This document shows positions 1-9,825 of a stretch of 64,000 bases of DNA, one piece after another; positions within the stretch are counted from its first letter, which is position 1, and the number at the start of each line of letters is the position of its first letter. The notes beneath the pieces are model-generated. The model saw only the letters and a program-made list of their open reading frames with translations. It was not told the DNA's origin and did not search any database. Position numbers and translations under genes: made by a program. The stretch is from the NCBI GenBank assembly GCA_963662565.2, contig CAXXXG010000008.1:3614-67613 (forward strand). The letters run 5' to 3'. The DNA is from Sedimentisphaerales bacterium. Lineage in GTDB: Bacteria > Planctomycetota > Phycisphaerae > Sedimentisphaerales > Anaerobacaceae.

Positions 1-139
1 GACCATCTTTTCACATGTTCTGACCTGTACACCATCTCGTCATGCACCGATACCTAACTTTAGAGGCAGACATGACTCGGTTCCGACCGGTTGAAATCGT
101 CGGCCCATACAACAATCGTTCAGAAAGAAAGGTCAAGAG

Positions 140-613
140 ATGATTGATGGTGTCAGTAGCAGTAACACGGCGGCCCTGTCCGCCATGGCTCAACAAGCCA
201 AAGAAACGAGTCTGACGGACGAACAAAAATCGGAACTCGAAAGCATTATCAGTAAGTATGATGCATCCACGGCCACCGAAGAAGATATGCAGGCCCTCTT
301 CAGCGAGCTGGAAGAAGCCGGCATCGGCCCTAGCAAGGAAGTAGGGGCGGCCCTCAATGCCGCGGGTTTCGCCCCCCCTGCGGGTCCGGGTGGTCCCCCG
401 CCCATGGGTGGAGTCGAGGATGAAGAAGAGGATGACGAGGACGATGAAGACATCCTGACCATTGATTCCCTGGAATCAGAAATCGTCCAAGAGTTCGCCG
501 AAAAGTTCATCTCAGGTGAATACGAAGAAGAAGACCTCGACGCCATGGCTGAAGACCTGGCCGAAGACCCCCGTGCTCTCCCGGCCGGAACCTTTGTAGA
601 CGAAGAGGCCTAG
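140..613 (+). CDS. hypothetical, very acidic protein (157 aa, D/E runs, Pro/Gly linker)
   Basis: Clean ORF with a purine-rich stretch before the ATG. No recognisable domain. Stem-loop plus T-run follows at 620-657. Confidence 0.55.
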   Translation: MIDGVSSSNTAALSAMAQQAKETSLTDEQKSELESIISKYDASTATEEDMQALFSELEEAGIGPSKEVGAALNAAGFAPPAGPGGPPPMGGVEDEEEDDEDDEDILTIDSLESEIVQEFAEKFISGEYEEEDLDAMAEDLAEDPRALPAGTFVDEEA

Positions 614-619
614 CCCCGC

Positions 620-657
620 AAGGCGTTTAAGCCCCAATCAATCGCCTTCTTTTTTTT
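620..657 (+). terminator. putative rho-independent terminator
   Basis: AAGGCG (620-625) pairs with CGCCTT (643-648), followed by C+T8 (649-657). The stem is short and the loop long. Confidence 0.4.
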
Positions 658-724
658 GACAAACAGGCCATGGCGAACCGATGAGGAGCCCCCCTCATGG
701 CTCATACAGGTTCGTCATGGCTCT

Positions 725-1549
725 TTATGTTTTCTTGCCACCCCATCGTGTCACCAATACGGTCACATTGTCATGGCCACCCGCAGCCAGGGCCATTTGC
801 ACCAAACGGTCACAACAGGCCTGCGGCTCTTCTATTTGGGAGAACATCCCGGCAATCTCTTCCTCTGCCACCATATCGGTCAGGCCGTCCGTACAGAGCA
901 AGAAACTATCCCCCCCCCGGAGAGCCAAGGAACGCACCCAGGCACGAGCACGCTCATCCATGCCGATATAACGGGTGATGACACCGTTTTCCTCGTGCTC
1001 CTCGGCCTCATGCGGTTGGAGCTGTCCCTCTTCGATCAACTCGGCCACCACGGAATGATCCCGACTCAACTGACGCAATCGGTTCTGACGCCAACAATAG
1101 ACACGACTGTCCCCCACATTAGCCAGATAGATCCGTTGATCGATAAACCAAACCAGCGCCAGGGTCGCCCCCATATCCTTGCACCCGCTTTCACTGTGGC
1201 CTTCCAAACGCAGTTGGTGACTCTGCTTGGCCACCTCTTGACGTAAAATACGACGAATGGTCTTGGGGCTGCGTCCGCGCGATTGCATCCAACGCGTCTC
1301 CAAGGCCGGCAACAGATCCTGGGCAATCATGCCCGAAGCCAATTCACCACCCCGGTGGCCCCCCATACCGTCGGTGACCAGAAACAAGCCCGCCTCGGGC
1401 TCAAGGGCATAGGCATCTTCGTTCTGCTGACGCACACATCCGACATCACTGGCCGCGCCCCACTGCAAGGGAAGGGGCAGATGTAAATGCTCGGCCAACG
1501 GTTCGATCAGAGCTGGATCCATGGATTCCCCCATTCGTTTGTCACTCAA
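725..1549 (-). CDS. PP2C-family Ser/Thr protein phosphatase
   Basis: Motifs RQQNEDAY, VTDGMGGHRGGE, LLCTDGLTD and AAGGHDNVTV. Overlaps the upstream kinase gene by 8 nt. Confidence 0.88.
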   Translation of the reverse strand: MSDKRMGESMDPALIEPLAEHLHLPLPLQWGAASDVGCVRQQNEDAYALEPEAGLFLVTDGMGGHRGGELASGMIAQDLLPALETRWMQSRGRSPKTIRRILRQEVAKQSHQLRLEGHSESGCKDMGATLALVWFIDQRIYLANVGDSRVYCWRQNRLRQLSRDHSVVAELIEEGQLQPHEAEEHEENGVITRYIGMDERARAWVRSLALRGGDSFLLCTDGLTDMVAEEEIAGMFSQIEEPQACCDRLVQMALAAGGHDNVTVLVTRWGGKKT

Positions 1550-2849
1550 AAAGACGACTATGACACCAGGGACAGTAACGCCAGTAAGTACTGTCTACAG
1601 GCCATTCGCATTTACCACAGGTCTCGGGAAAGACCGGGGCCTGCCATCGTTGATGCACCTTACGCCGACACCAGGGGCAATACTTCATAAAACGCATCAT
1701 GCGTCCCCCACAATGCTCACAAGACTCGCCATAACGCAAGGGAGCCTTGGTCGGACGGGTCACGGTCTCAAAGGGTCCCTCCCGACACCAGGGACAACTG
1801 TCCCATTGGGGCATGAGCCCATGATGGCAAGACGGACATACCTGAGCAAAACGGGTTCGCTCGCGCCAGCGCTGATGGTCATGTCCACACCAGGGACAGA
1901 TCACCATGGATTCGGCCACAGGCTCACCGCACTTTAGACAAGCCGCCATAGGGCCCAACACACGACTGTAACGCTTGATAAAGGTCTGACGCCGTTGCTT
2001 TTGCCAGTTAACCATTGTTTCCTTGCCGTTACCATTGCGTAGGCGTTGAGGCAAAGCCGCCAGCATGGCCTGATGCATCTTGTCGGCATTGGCAAAACGC
2101 TTCTTGGGGTTGACGGCCAGGGCCTGTTTAATAAAAGCAGCAAAATTCAACGAGGTCCGTTGTTTGAGACGGTCGTATCCCCGCGGTGGCCATTCAAAGG
2201 GCCAGCGGGGTAATACGCCCGTGATAAATTCGTAAAGAATGACCCCCACGGCAAAACAATCGCTGCGATAGGTGGGGTAGCCATAGGCCTGCTCTGGAGC
2301 GACGTAACCGGGAGTCCCGAAGTCGTCGATGGTCTTGGCTCGACCGCGTACACGAATGGCAATCCCGAAATCGCCCAGCACAGCCCGCCGATCGCCCAAT
2401 AGGAAGATATTGCCCGGCGTAACGTCGCAGTGCACAATCCGTTGCTCGTGGGCATGGGCCAGACCGCTAAGCACCTGATCGGCGATTTGAATGATCCGCC
2501 CCACGGCCATGGGACGGGTACAGTCCTCCAGGGTTCGGGTACAGAGTTCTGTGGCCAGCACGGCCTGGCCGTCGATGATGTCGGCATTCTTGACTGTCAG
2601 GATATGGGGGTGACGCAGTTTGGCCACGGCCCGCACCTCCCGCAATAGGGAATCATTGTCCCGCTTACCACTACCGCCGATCAGGGGAATCTTGAGGGCC
2701 ACCCGGATGCCCTCGATACGATCCTTGGCCTTCCAGACCTCGCAGGCCCCACCGGAGCCCAGGTGCGACTCCAAAATATATTTACCCAGTACCGTACCGG
2801 TACGCAGGCGTCCGGTGAAACCGGAATCGGTTTTCGGTTCGTATATCAT
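1542..2849 (-). CDS. Ser/Thr protein kinase with four C-terminal CxxC...CPWC zinc-ribbon repeats
   Basis: Hanks kinase motifs: GSGGACEVWKA, VALK, HCDVTPGNI, DFGIA, GTPGYVAPE. C-terminal repeats: CLKCG..CPWCG, CPSCH..CPWCR, CEHCG..CPWCR, CGKCE..CPWCH. Confidence 0.9.
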   Translation of the reverse strand: MIYEPKTDSGFTGRLRTGTVLGKYILESHLGSGGACEVWKAKDRIEGIRVALKIPLIGGSGKRDNDSLLREVRAVAKLRHPHILTVKNADIIDGQAVLATELCTRTLEDCTRPMAVGRIIQIADQVLSGLAHAHEQRIVHCDVTPGNIFLLGDRRAVLGDFGIAIRVRGRAKTIDDFGTPGYVAPEQAYGYPTYRSDCFAVGVILYEFITGVLPRWPFEWPPRGYDRLKQRTSLNFAAFIKQALAVNPKKRFANADKMHQAMLAALPQRLRNGNGKETMVNWQKQRRQTFIKRYSRVLGPMAACLKCGEPVAESMVICPWCGHDHQRWRERTRFAQVCPSCHHGLMPQWDSCPWCREGPFETVTRPTKAPLRYGESCEHCGGRMMRFMKYCPWCRRKVHQRWQAPVFPETCGKCEWPVDSTYWRYCPWCHSRLFE

Positions 2850-3054
2850 CTCTCTTATAGGCCCTTTAAGAATACCTTGTTAACTGTACTCTAGCATTTT
2901 TTTGATCGAGGTCAATTTCCAATTGACTAGTTGGTTTGCATTGTCTAAATACTCTATAGTGTAATGGAGAAAAGGAACCACAAACACGGATGTCTAGGCC
3001 TCTGGCTTACGTGGCTTGAATCGACTCAACAAGTGTTTTGGTGAGGGTAGAAAA

Positions 3055-3504
3055 ATGGACAACAACGCATCCGGCCTGACAGCCGAACAACTCGATGAGT
3101 TTCGCGACCTGCTGCTGGCCAAGCGGAATCAACTTCTGGGCAACGTCGTCAGTATCCAAAACGACACACTCAAACGCGAACAATCCGACTTCTCCTACAG
3201 TTCCGGAGATCTGGTGGACATGGGCAGCGATAACTATGAACTGGAAAACTCCCTGAGCCTCATGGACAGCGAACGCCGCCTACTACGAGAAATCGACGAC
3301 GCCTTCGAACGTATGGAGGCTGGGGAATACGGCATCTGTATGGGCACCGGCCAGATAATCGGGATTCCTCGCCTGCGAGCCATCCCCTGGGCCAAGTATA
3401 GCGTCGAATTCGCCAGCTTACTGGAACAGGGCCAGGCCTATGTCGATGAAGACGGCTACGGCTTCGATCAGGACGATGACCAACCCGACGCGGACGCAGC
3501 CTAA
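3055..3504 (+). CDS. DksA/TraR-family regulator, Cys-poor variant with acidic tail
   Basis: Coiled-coil region plus ...AFERMEAGEYGICMGTGQIIGIPRLRAIPWAKYSVEF aligns to the DksA C4 finger region, but only one Cys is retained. Start chosen at ATG 3055 after GAGGG; the ORF opens at 3016. Confidence 0.7.
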   Translation: MDNNASGLTAEQLDEFRDLLLAKRNQLLGNVVSIQNDTLKREQSDFSYSSGDLVDMGSDNYELENSLSLMDSERRLLREIDDAFERMEAGEYGICMGTGQIIGIPRLRAIPWAKYSVEFASLLEQGQAYVDEDGYGFDQDDDQPDADAA

Positions 3505-3714
3505 TAAACAGTAACAACTTGCTGGGGTGCGGTGCGTTAGGTCTATAGATACCAACGCCCCACCTCCCTTTTTAGACACCGCTAAAGCAATCCTACTCTC
3601 ACCACCAAGCAGACAAGAATGAGCGTGCTAGGACTCCCAACCGAAACAATCTGACAATACCCGGTTAAAAGACAAGATCCCCTACAAGGTTCGATCTACC
3701 CCAAAAAGATTGGG

Positions 3715-4041
3715 CTATCCCATTTCCGCCAGGCAAGCATCCGGTGCGTCGTCTATGCGTAAATACCACTGGCTTTTATCGTGGTAAAGATCCAAATGAG
3801 TGATGTCAAACGTATCTGGTAGTGGACGCACATGGGCGATGTTCTCTTTGGGATAAACGATGGTACGAGCTTCGTCGTGGGGGTAAACGGGCTTGACCTG
3901 GCCGGCATTAAACGAAATTCCCTTACCGTGAATCGTGATCCAGCCATTGGAAAGGTCCAATACCTTGCCCACAAAAAAAGCGGGGCGTTGTTTATCGAAA
4001 TACTGTTTGATGCGGACCAGTACAATCATTCCTTTATTCAT
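3715..4041 (-). CDS. hypothetical protein (108 aa)
   Basis: ORF only. Lies in an AT-richer patch. No motif recognised. Confidence 0.4.
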   Translation of the reverse strand: MNKGMIVLVRIKQYFDKQRPAFFVGKVLDLSNGWITIHGKGISFNAGQVKPVYPHDEARTIVYPKENIAHVRPLPDTFDITHLDLYHDKSQWYLRIDDAPDACLAEMG

Positions 4042-4057
4042 AAGAATTCCTTATGGT

Positions 4058-4300
4058 TCAACGGTTATGCAAACAATGTAATAGTTCGTGATACAGACGG
4101 GCCGCCCGGTTTACCTCCTCCCATGAGATCGATTCATCACGCGTATGGGCCTTGGCCAACTGACCGGGCCCTAGAATAATGGGCTTGCAGTTCACATTCC
4201 AGAGGAGATTGGCATCGGAGTGACTGTGAAATGAACCGATCTCGTAGCGTGTGAATTTCATAGCCACCTCAATCTTTCGGGCGATCATGGTTATAAACAA
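4058..4300 (-). pseudogene. C-terminal remnant of an ArgE/DapE-type M20 deacylase
   Basis: ...PIILGPGQLAKAHTRDESISWEEVNRAARLYHELLHCL matches the extreme C-terminus of acetylornithine deacetylase-like enzymes (GPGS..QAH.pDE). Only about 65 aa of homology, with no upstream catalytic part. Confidence 0.45.
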
Positions 4301-4730
4301 CCGACGCCGTTATCATAGGGTGGGAATGACCGAAAGCAAGCCATTTGTCCTTTTAAAAATGGAAGATTTATTGCTTGGATTTCAAGTATCCAATCTCAGG
4401 GTTTCTTTGACTTAGAAGGATATATGGGTACTACGCTATTTCAAGATTCCTGGGGTTCTTGAGGACCTTGACATCGAGGCGTTCAGGGAGCACCAGGCTC
4501 ACGAAAACAATCCTCTTGAAGGTCTCTTCCACGGACAGAGCCAGCAATTCTCTCGATAGTTTTCCGTCAAGATTTACTTTCCTTTCTCGCTTGAAAAGCC
4601 TTGGTATCCTGGTTTATGATCCTTGCTGTTTATTGACTCCTGCGGTGAAAATCATGCGTTTAATCTGAATTTGATATTTGCAGAGTAGACACTCCGCGGG
4701 GGCAAGTTGATTCCATAAAAGGAGTGGAAC

Positions 4731-5537
4731 ATGATTGCTATCGCGTCATTATTGATTGTGCTTATGATGTCGTTACTCATAACCCGAGTGGCGACCATGG
4801 CCTTAACGTTAACGGGGATGTCGCAGGAGGTAGCGAAATTCCAAGCGAGATCGGCTTTCACGGGTGTGGGATTTACGACCCATGAGGCAGAGGCCATTCT
4901 TTCGCACCCGGTGAGGCGGCGAATCATTATGTTGTTAATGCTGCTGGGGAATCTCGGCGTGGGCGCGGTGGTGGCCACTTTGATGCTGTCGGTCATGCAG
5001 ACGGCCGAGTCGGATCTTTGGTGGGTAAAGCTGTTGAGTTTGGTGGTGGGCCTGATGTTACTGAGTCTGGCAGCGAACAACCGACGTCTGGAACGACATT
5101 TAAATCGCGTTATTGCCTGGGGATTACGCCGTTGGAGTAATTTGCCCGTACGGGACTATGTCGCCCTGCTTCAATTACAGGATGGTTATGGAGTCAGCGA
5201 ACTCCTGGTTGAATCCGCCGATTGGTTAGCAGAGAAGACCTTGATCGAACTAAAGCTGCCGCGAGAAGGTGTGTTGGTACTGGGAATCAAGCGTACCACC
5301 GGTGTGTATCTCGGTACACCAACAGCAGAGACAGAGGTTCATGCGGGTGACACATTGATTCTATACGGTCCGGCCGAACGTATTGGGGAGCTTGATCAAC
5401 GCAGTCGAGGGAGCAAGGGAGATGTGGCCCATCGCGAGGCCATAGAAGAGCACCAAGAGGGTTTAGAAGCTCAAGTGAAGATCGACGATCAGAGGGACGA
5501 ACCAAACAAGGCAACCACATCGAACGACTTGCCTTAA
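4731..5537 (+). CDS. membrane protein with C-terminal TrkA-C (RCK_C) domain
   Basis: Two or three N-terminal TM helices, then ...VSELLVESADWLAEKTLIELKLPREGVLVLGIKR...VHAGDTLILYGP, typical of TrkA-C. Confidence 0.65.
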   Translation: MIAIASLLIVLMMSLLITRVATMALTLTGMSQEVAKFQARSAFTGVGFTTHEAEAILSHPVRRRIIMLLMLLGNLGVGAVVATLMLSVMQTAESDLWWVKLLSLVVGLMLLSLAANNRRLERHLNRVIAWGLRRWSNLPVRDYVALLQLQDGYGVSELLVESADWLAEKTLIELKLPREGVLVLGIKRTTGVYLGTPTAETEVHAGDTLILYGPAERIGELDQRSRGSKGDVAHREAIEEHQEGLEAQVKIDDQRDEPNKATTSNDLP

Positions 5538-5627
5538 GGGGACCTCTGATACCATTGACACGAAATACTTTTGGACCTAAGTTTACCGTGAGTTCATTTG
5601 AGACCTCAGGTAGAGTCTTCTGCTGTA

Positions 5628-7076
5628 TTATGGCTTTGGGCTCCACGTGTAATCGGCACCAATGACAGTGATGCGGTTGTTGACCTCGCGGGTGCCCTCG
5701 GTTAGCAGGGCGACGCGGTCGGCTTCACTTCGCTGGCCCCAGGTATTTACGCTGCCGGTCAGGGTGACGGTGGCGTCGGTGACTGAGATCGTAATTCGAT
5801 CGGCAACCCAACGCGTGGCCCAGTTGGCTTCGAGATGGGTTCGAATACGACCCTCTAAAACCGCATCGGTATACACACCTGAGGGGTTGACCGTCAGATT
5901 GTTCACCACTTGACGGATGCCCCGCACCGGCGCAATGACGTCCATAACCTGTGTTTTCTCGTAAAGCGTATTGACGGACCCGGCCAGGATTACCGTGCCT
6001 CCTTGTACGTAAATCTTGATGTTCTGGGAGTCGAGGTAGGTGGTCAAATTGACCGCCCGGCGCACATCCGTCCCGATGGCTTCGTCCGAGCGGTTTTCCA
6101 CATCGACCTTCAGATCGTTGAGCACCCAGCCCACACCGATGATTTCACGGGCCAGTTGTTCGGCGAGTTGGGCCTGATAATAGCTCGGGACCGATCCGCT
6201 GAGGGTGACAACACCTTGGTCTACTTTCAGTAAGAGTCGTGAGGAATCCAGGTAGACGTGCTGTTGGAGTGCCCGGCGTACGGACTCCTGGAGTTCCTGG
6301 TTACTCGGGGTGGGAAGGATACGACGGGGGCTGTTCTCCTGCCACCACTGTACGGTCAGCTTATTGTCTACGCCCTTGACGTACAGAATGTTGAGTACGA
6401 CGCGGCCGGCGCGTTCTTTTTGGTAGGCATTGCCCACTCGCCCTTCCAGGATCACGATACCGTTCCGAACGGAAGCCGAAATGGGTAGGCCACTGAGATA
6501 AATATCCCGATCCAAGAGAATCAGCACGTCGCGTTCGATCTCCCCATCGGTTCGAGGGGATCTGGGTAGGATGGTCAGTTCGTTGCGGAGTTGCTTGACC
6601 CCCGGCACCTGACTGACACGTAACTCGACCTCCTGGCGTTCGCTCCAGGATGCGACCTCGCCGGTCAGGGTGATGATGCCATTGATGAAATGGACCCCGA
6701 TAACGGATGAGGTTGGGGTGCGGTATTCAGCGAGACGCCGCTGTATGTCGATCAGGAGGTCTTCCTCCGATCGCTGGGGGCCTTCAACCACGAGATTGTT
6801 GATGACCCCCAGAACCCCATTGATCTTGCGGGCTTCGTTACCGGCATAATTCTTTCCCGCCAGACTGCCGACCTTTCCATTGAGCGTAACGATCCCCTCG
6901 GAGGTTTGGATATCAACCTGGGTGGTGGTGATACGCGGATTCTCGCTAAAGGCCTCGGCCACCCAGAAGCTGATCGTGGTATCGCTGGGGCGTTCTTGGG
7001 CAATCGCGTTCAGGTTGCTCAGCAACATAAGGCTCAAAGCGAACGATGAAAGAGTGTTGTGGAGATGGGTTGTCAT
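5628..7076 (-). CDS. secreted/periplasmic protein with six tandem BON domains
   Basis: Signal peptide, then six repeats of the G.VTL.G.V.....(x)..V.GV..V.N.L.V pattern. Confidence 0.8.
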   Translation of the reverse strand: MTTHLHNTLSSFALSLMLLSNLNAIAQERPSDTTISFWVAEAFSENPRITTTQVDIQTSEGIVTLNGKVGSLAGKNYAGNEARKINGVLGVINNLVVEGPQRSEEDLLIDIQRRLAEYRTPTSSVIGVHFINGIITLTGEVASWSERQEVELRVSQVPGVKQLRNELTILPRSPRTDGEIERDVLILLDRDIYLSGLPISASVRNGIVILEGRVGNAYQKERAGRVVLNILYVKGVDNKLTVQWWQENSPRRILPTPSNQELQESVRRALQQHVYLDSSRLLLKVDQGVVTLSGSVPSYYQAQLAEQLAREIIGVGWVLNDLKVDVENRSDEAIGTDVRRAVNLTTYLDSQNIKIYVQGGTVILAGSVNTLYEKTQVMDVIAPVRGIRQVVNNLTVNPSGVYTDAVLEGRIRTHLEANWATRWVADRITISVTDATVTLTGSVNTWGQRSEADRVALLTEGTREVNNRITVIGADYTWSPKP

Positions 7077-7149
7077 GTTGACGACTCCTTTCGGGTAAAT
7101 AGCGTCGTTGTCATGCCCTTGTGGGGTTGAAATGAGTGATGAATTTACC

Positions 7150-8259
7150 TTACCCGTGATAAAAAATCAAAACCAGATCGATGACGAATAACAGGACGAT
7201 TGTGGCTTCCATCGTAACCATAAACAGATCCGTACGATCCTGTTGAATCAAGTGGTAAAGGTCGGCCAAGGTACGCTGTTTTTGATCCGTAGTCTTTTGC
7301 CAATCCTCCAGATGAAAACGACTGGATAGGGCCTGATATATACGCGCCAGATGCCAGTCACCGAAAAACTTGGTGATGTTGGATAGTTCGTCACTGAGCC
7401 GAGATAGATCCACGCTGATTTCGCGTAGTTCCTTGTGGATGGCCCGGCCACTACGCAGGTTCAGCCGAGCTACATCACGATAAGCCCGTTCGCTGGCACT
7501 GTCCAACAGGCGATCGTAAATCCCGAGTTCCAGCAGTTGCACATTGGCGACCTCCATGATGTGCAGCACTTCGGCCGCATCGTCCGAATCGCCCAGTATA
7601 AGGGCCGCATCCCAGTCGATGACCACCAGATCCTGATCGTAATAACTCAGATCGTATTGGGTGGACTCGTCGATTTCTTGTTGGGACAGACGCTGGGGTT
7701 CGGGCTCTTCGGTCAGGAGCCCGGCGATGGCACGACGCTGTTGATCCAACCAGTCGGTGGCGGCTAGATCGGAAGACATCGGTTGAAAATGAAAGACGGT
7801 ATAGGCCTCGCTGGGACCCAACTGCTCGACCGGACGGACGCAGTGGGGTCCGAGGTCCTGCATGATCGCCTGCCCCAGGCTCAGAGCGAGTTGGCCGACG
7901 GGACCGTCTTCAGCACCATGGCTGTGGGTGTCCACTAAATGATCCCAGTCCTGTTGAACGAAGGGGACGTGGATGCAGAGGCTGATGGCTCCAATGTTGA
8001 AGACCTTGACCGTGCAAGTGACCTCAAGAGATTGTCCTTCCAGGGTGACTTTCTGGTCGGGCAAATGCACCAGGGCCGGTCGATAGAAGAAGGGTTGGCG
8101 AGGACTGCGTTTGGTCGTGCACAGGTTGTACTCCTGCACGGTTCGACCCAGCAAGGTGGTCAGCGAACCACGTTTCATATCGTAGGCGACATCGAATGCA
8201 TAGATGTAAACGATACTGCCGTTGTAACGTTCCAGCGAATGGTTGGATGGGGTGTTCAT
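7150..8259 (-). CDS. DUF155/RMD1-like protein with C-terminal TM helix
   Basis: The pattern (VYIYAFDVAYDM, VKVFNIGAISLCIH, long helical region, terminal TM) resembles the YagE/RMD1 family. Starts 15 nt after the upstream ligase gene. Confidence 0.4.
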   Translation of the reverse strand: MNTPSNHSLERYNGSIVYIYAFDVAYDMKRGSLTTLLGRTVQEYNLCTTKRSPRQPFFYRPALVHLPDQKVTLEGQSLEVTCTVKVFNIGAISLCIHVPFVQQDWDHLVDTHSHGAEDGPVGQLALSLGQAIMQDLGPHCVRPVEQLGPSEAYTVFHFQPMSSDLAATDWLDQQRRAIAGLLTEEPEPQRLSQQEIDESTQYDLSYYDQDLVVIDWDAALILGDSDDAAEVLHIMEVANVQLLELGIYDRLLDSASERAYRDVARLNLRSGRAIHKELREISVDLSRLSDELSNITKFFGDWHLARIYQALSSRFHLEDWQKTTDQKQRTLADLYHLIQQDRTDLFMVTMEATIVLLFVIDLVLIFYHG

Positions 8260-8274
8260 TGTTGTTCAGATTCT

Positions 8275-9825
8275 TTATATGGACGAGGATGGGGTCATTG
8301 TTTTGGTCCAAATCTGTTTGGGATCTCCATGATCATAGAAATCGACAACCTCGGCTTCGAGGATGTACCCGAGTCCACGATAAAAGGCTTGAGTGTTGTG
8401 ATAATCCGATCGTCCGGACGTTTCGATGACTACCCGATGGCCACCATGGGTTTCAATGTGATGTTCGGCATGTTCCATCAATATTCGTCCCAGACCTCGT
8501 CCCTGGTGCTCGGGTGCCACACCGATCCAGTAGATATCCCAGGTACTTACCGTACAGGGGGTTGGGCCGCAACAGATCCATCCCATGGCCTCGTCGTTTT
8601 GGCAGGCGACCCAGGATTGATAGTGTCCCTGCGGGCCGGTAGCATGGGCCTCGTCCAGAACTTCGCAGGCGATGGTCAGTTCGTTGGGGCGAAACAGATC
8701 TGTACGGGTCAAGGCTGACAGAACGGTTTCTCGATCGCCGGATTGGCTGCGACGAATGGTGATATCCCCAACGGAAACGGGAGGAGGAGGGGCGATTGGA
8801 GATTTCAGACGAGGCAGGTGCTCAAGGGCGTTGTAGAGACACAGGCGAATGAATTCGTGGTAGCCGATGTCACGGGCTGCCAGGGCCGCGGCAAAACCGG
8901 CGTCTGGGGAGATGTCGGGATTGGCATTGACCTCCAACACATAGGGGGACAGCTCTGCGTCCAAACGAAAATCCACACGGCAATAATCCAGGCATCCTAA
9001 GGCCCGACAAGAGGCAACGGCCAGTTCACGGACACGACTTTCGACCAGCACCGGTAACGGCGCGGGAATGATGCGCGGGGTGTGACGATACTCGAAAGAA
9101 TCCTCCAGCCACTTGGCCTCATAGCCCACGATGCGGGGACGATCCGGAGTAAAGGCGGAAAAGTCGATTTCCGCCAAGGGCAGGACCTGAGCCTCGTCGT
9201 GTCGCCAGAGTACCGAGACATTGAGTTCCCGGCCCTCGATATACTGTTCGATCAAGACCGGCTTGCCCAGGGTTTGATGCAAATGGCGGACTCGTTGTTG
9301 CAGGGCCTTACCGGCTGTCGGGATCACACTGTCACGGTCGATGCCCTCACTGGCATCCGTCCCCACGGGCTTGACGATATAGGGGCCGGGAAAAAGGTCG
9401 GCTTCATGGATAAGGTGGTTGGGACTGACACGAATGGCCCGCGGACAGGGGATGTCGGCGGCCCGTAGCACAGCCTTACTCTTCCATTTGTCGAGGCTCA
9501 GCAGCAGTCCGGCAGTACTGTTGCCGGTACAGGCTTTCCCCATCGCGGTGCACAGGGCCGGAATCCAATTGGCCTGTTCCGGATTCTCGGGAAAGCCTTC
9601 CACCAGATTAAAGACGACATTCTCCCCGGCACAGGCCAGGGCGTCCGGAATATGTTGCAGGTTATCTACGCCCACGGAACGCACCGGGACATGCAACTTG
9701 GCACAGGCCTTGGTTACGGCTGCGACTTCCTCCAACACACCGGCCTCACTCTCGGCAAATCCTCCCGCTGCTTGACCGGTTGGACGATTGTACAGAATCA
9801 GCACGCCTTTGATAATGTCGAGCAT
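8275..9825 (-). CDS. D-Ala-D-Ala-ligase-like ATP-grasp fused to a C-terminal GNAT acetyltransferase
   Basis: N-terminal Ddl-type ATP-grasp: DKWKSK, YIVKPVGTDASEGI, IEQYIEGRELNVSV, RVDFRLD..YVLEVNANPD. C-terminal GNAT: WIGVAPEHQGRGLGRILMEHAE. An alternative GTG start lies at 9804. Confidence 0.8.
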   Translation of the reverse strand: MLDIIKGVLILYNRPTGQAAGGFAESEAGVLEEVAAVTKACAKLHVPVRSVGVDNLQHIPDALACAGENVVFNLVEGFPENPEQANWIPALCTAMGKACTGNSTAGLLLSLDKWKSKAVLRAADIPCPRAIRVSPNHLIHEADLFPGPYIVKPVGTDASEGIDRDSVIPTAGKALQQRVRHLHQTLGKPVLIEQYIEGRELNVSVLWRHDEAQVLPLAEIDFSAFTPDRPRIVGYEAKWLEDSFEYRHTPRIIPAPLPVLVESRVRELAVASCRALGCLDYCRVDFRLDAELSPYVLEVNANPDISPDAGFAAALAARDIGYHEFIRLCLYNALEHLPRLKSPIAPPPPVSVGDITIRRSQSGDRETVLSALTRTDLFRPNELTIACEVLDEAHATGPQGHYQSWVACQNDEAMGWICCGPTPCTVSTWDIYWIGVAPEHQGRGLGRILMEHAEHHIETHGGHRVVIETSGRSDYHNTQAFYRGLGYILEAEVVDFYDHGDPKQIWTKTMTPSSSI

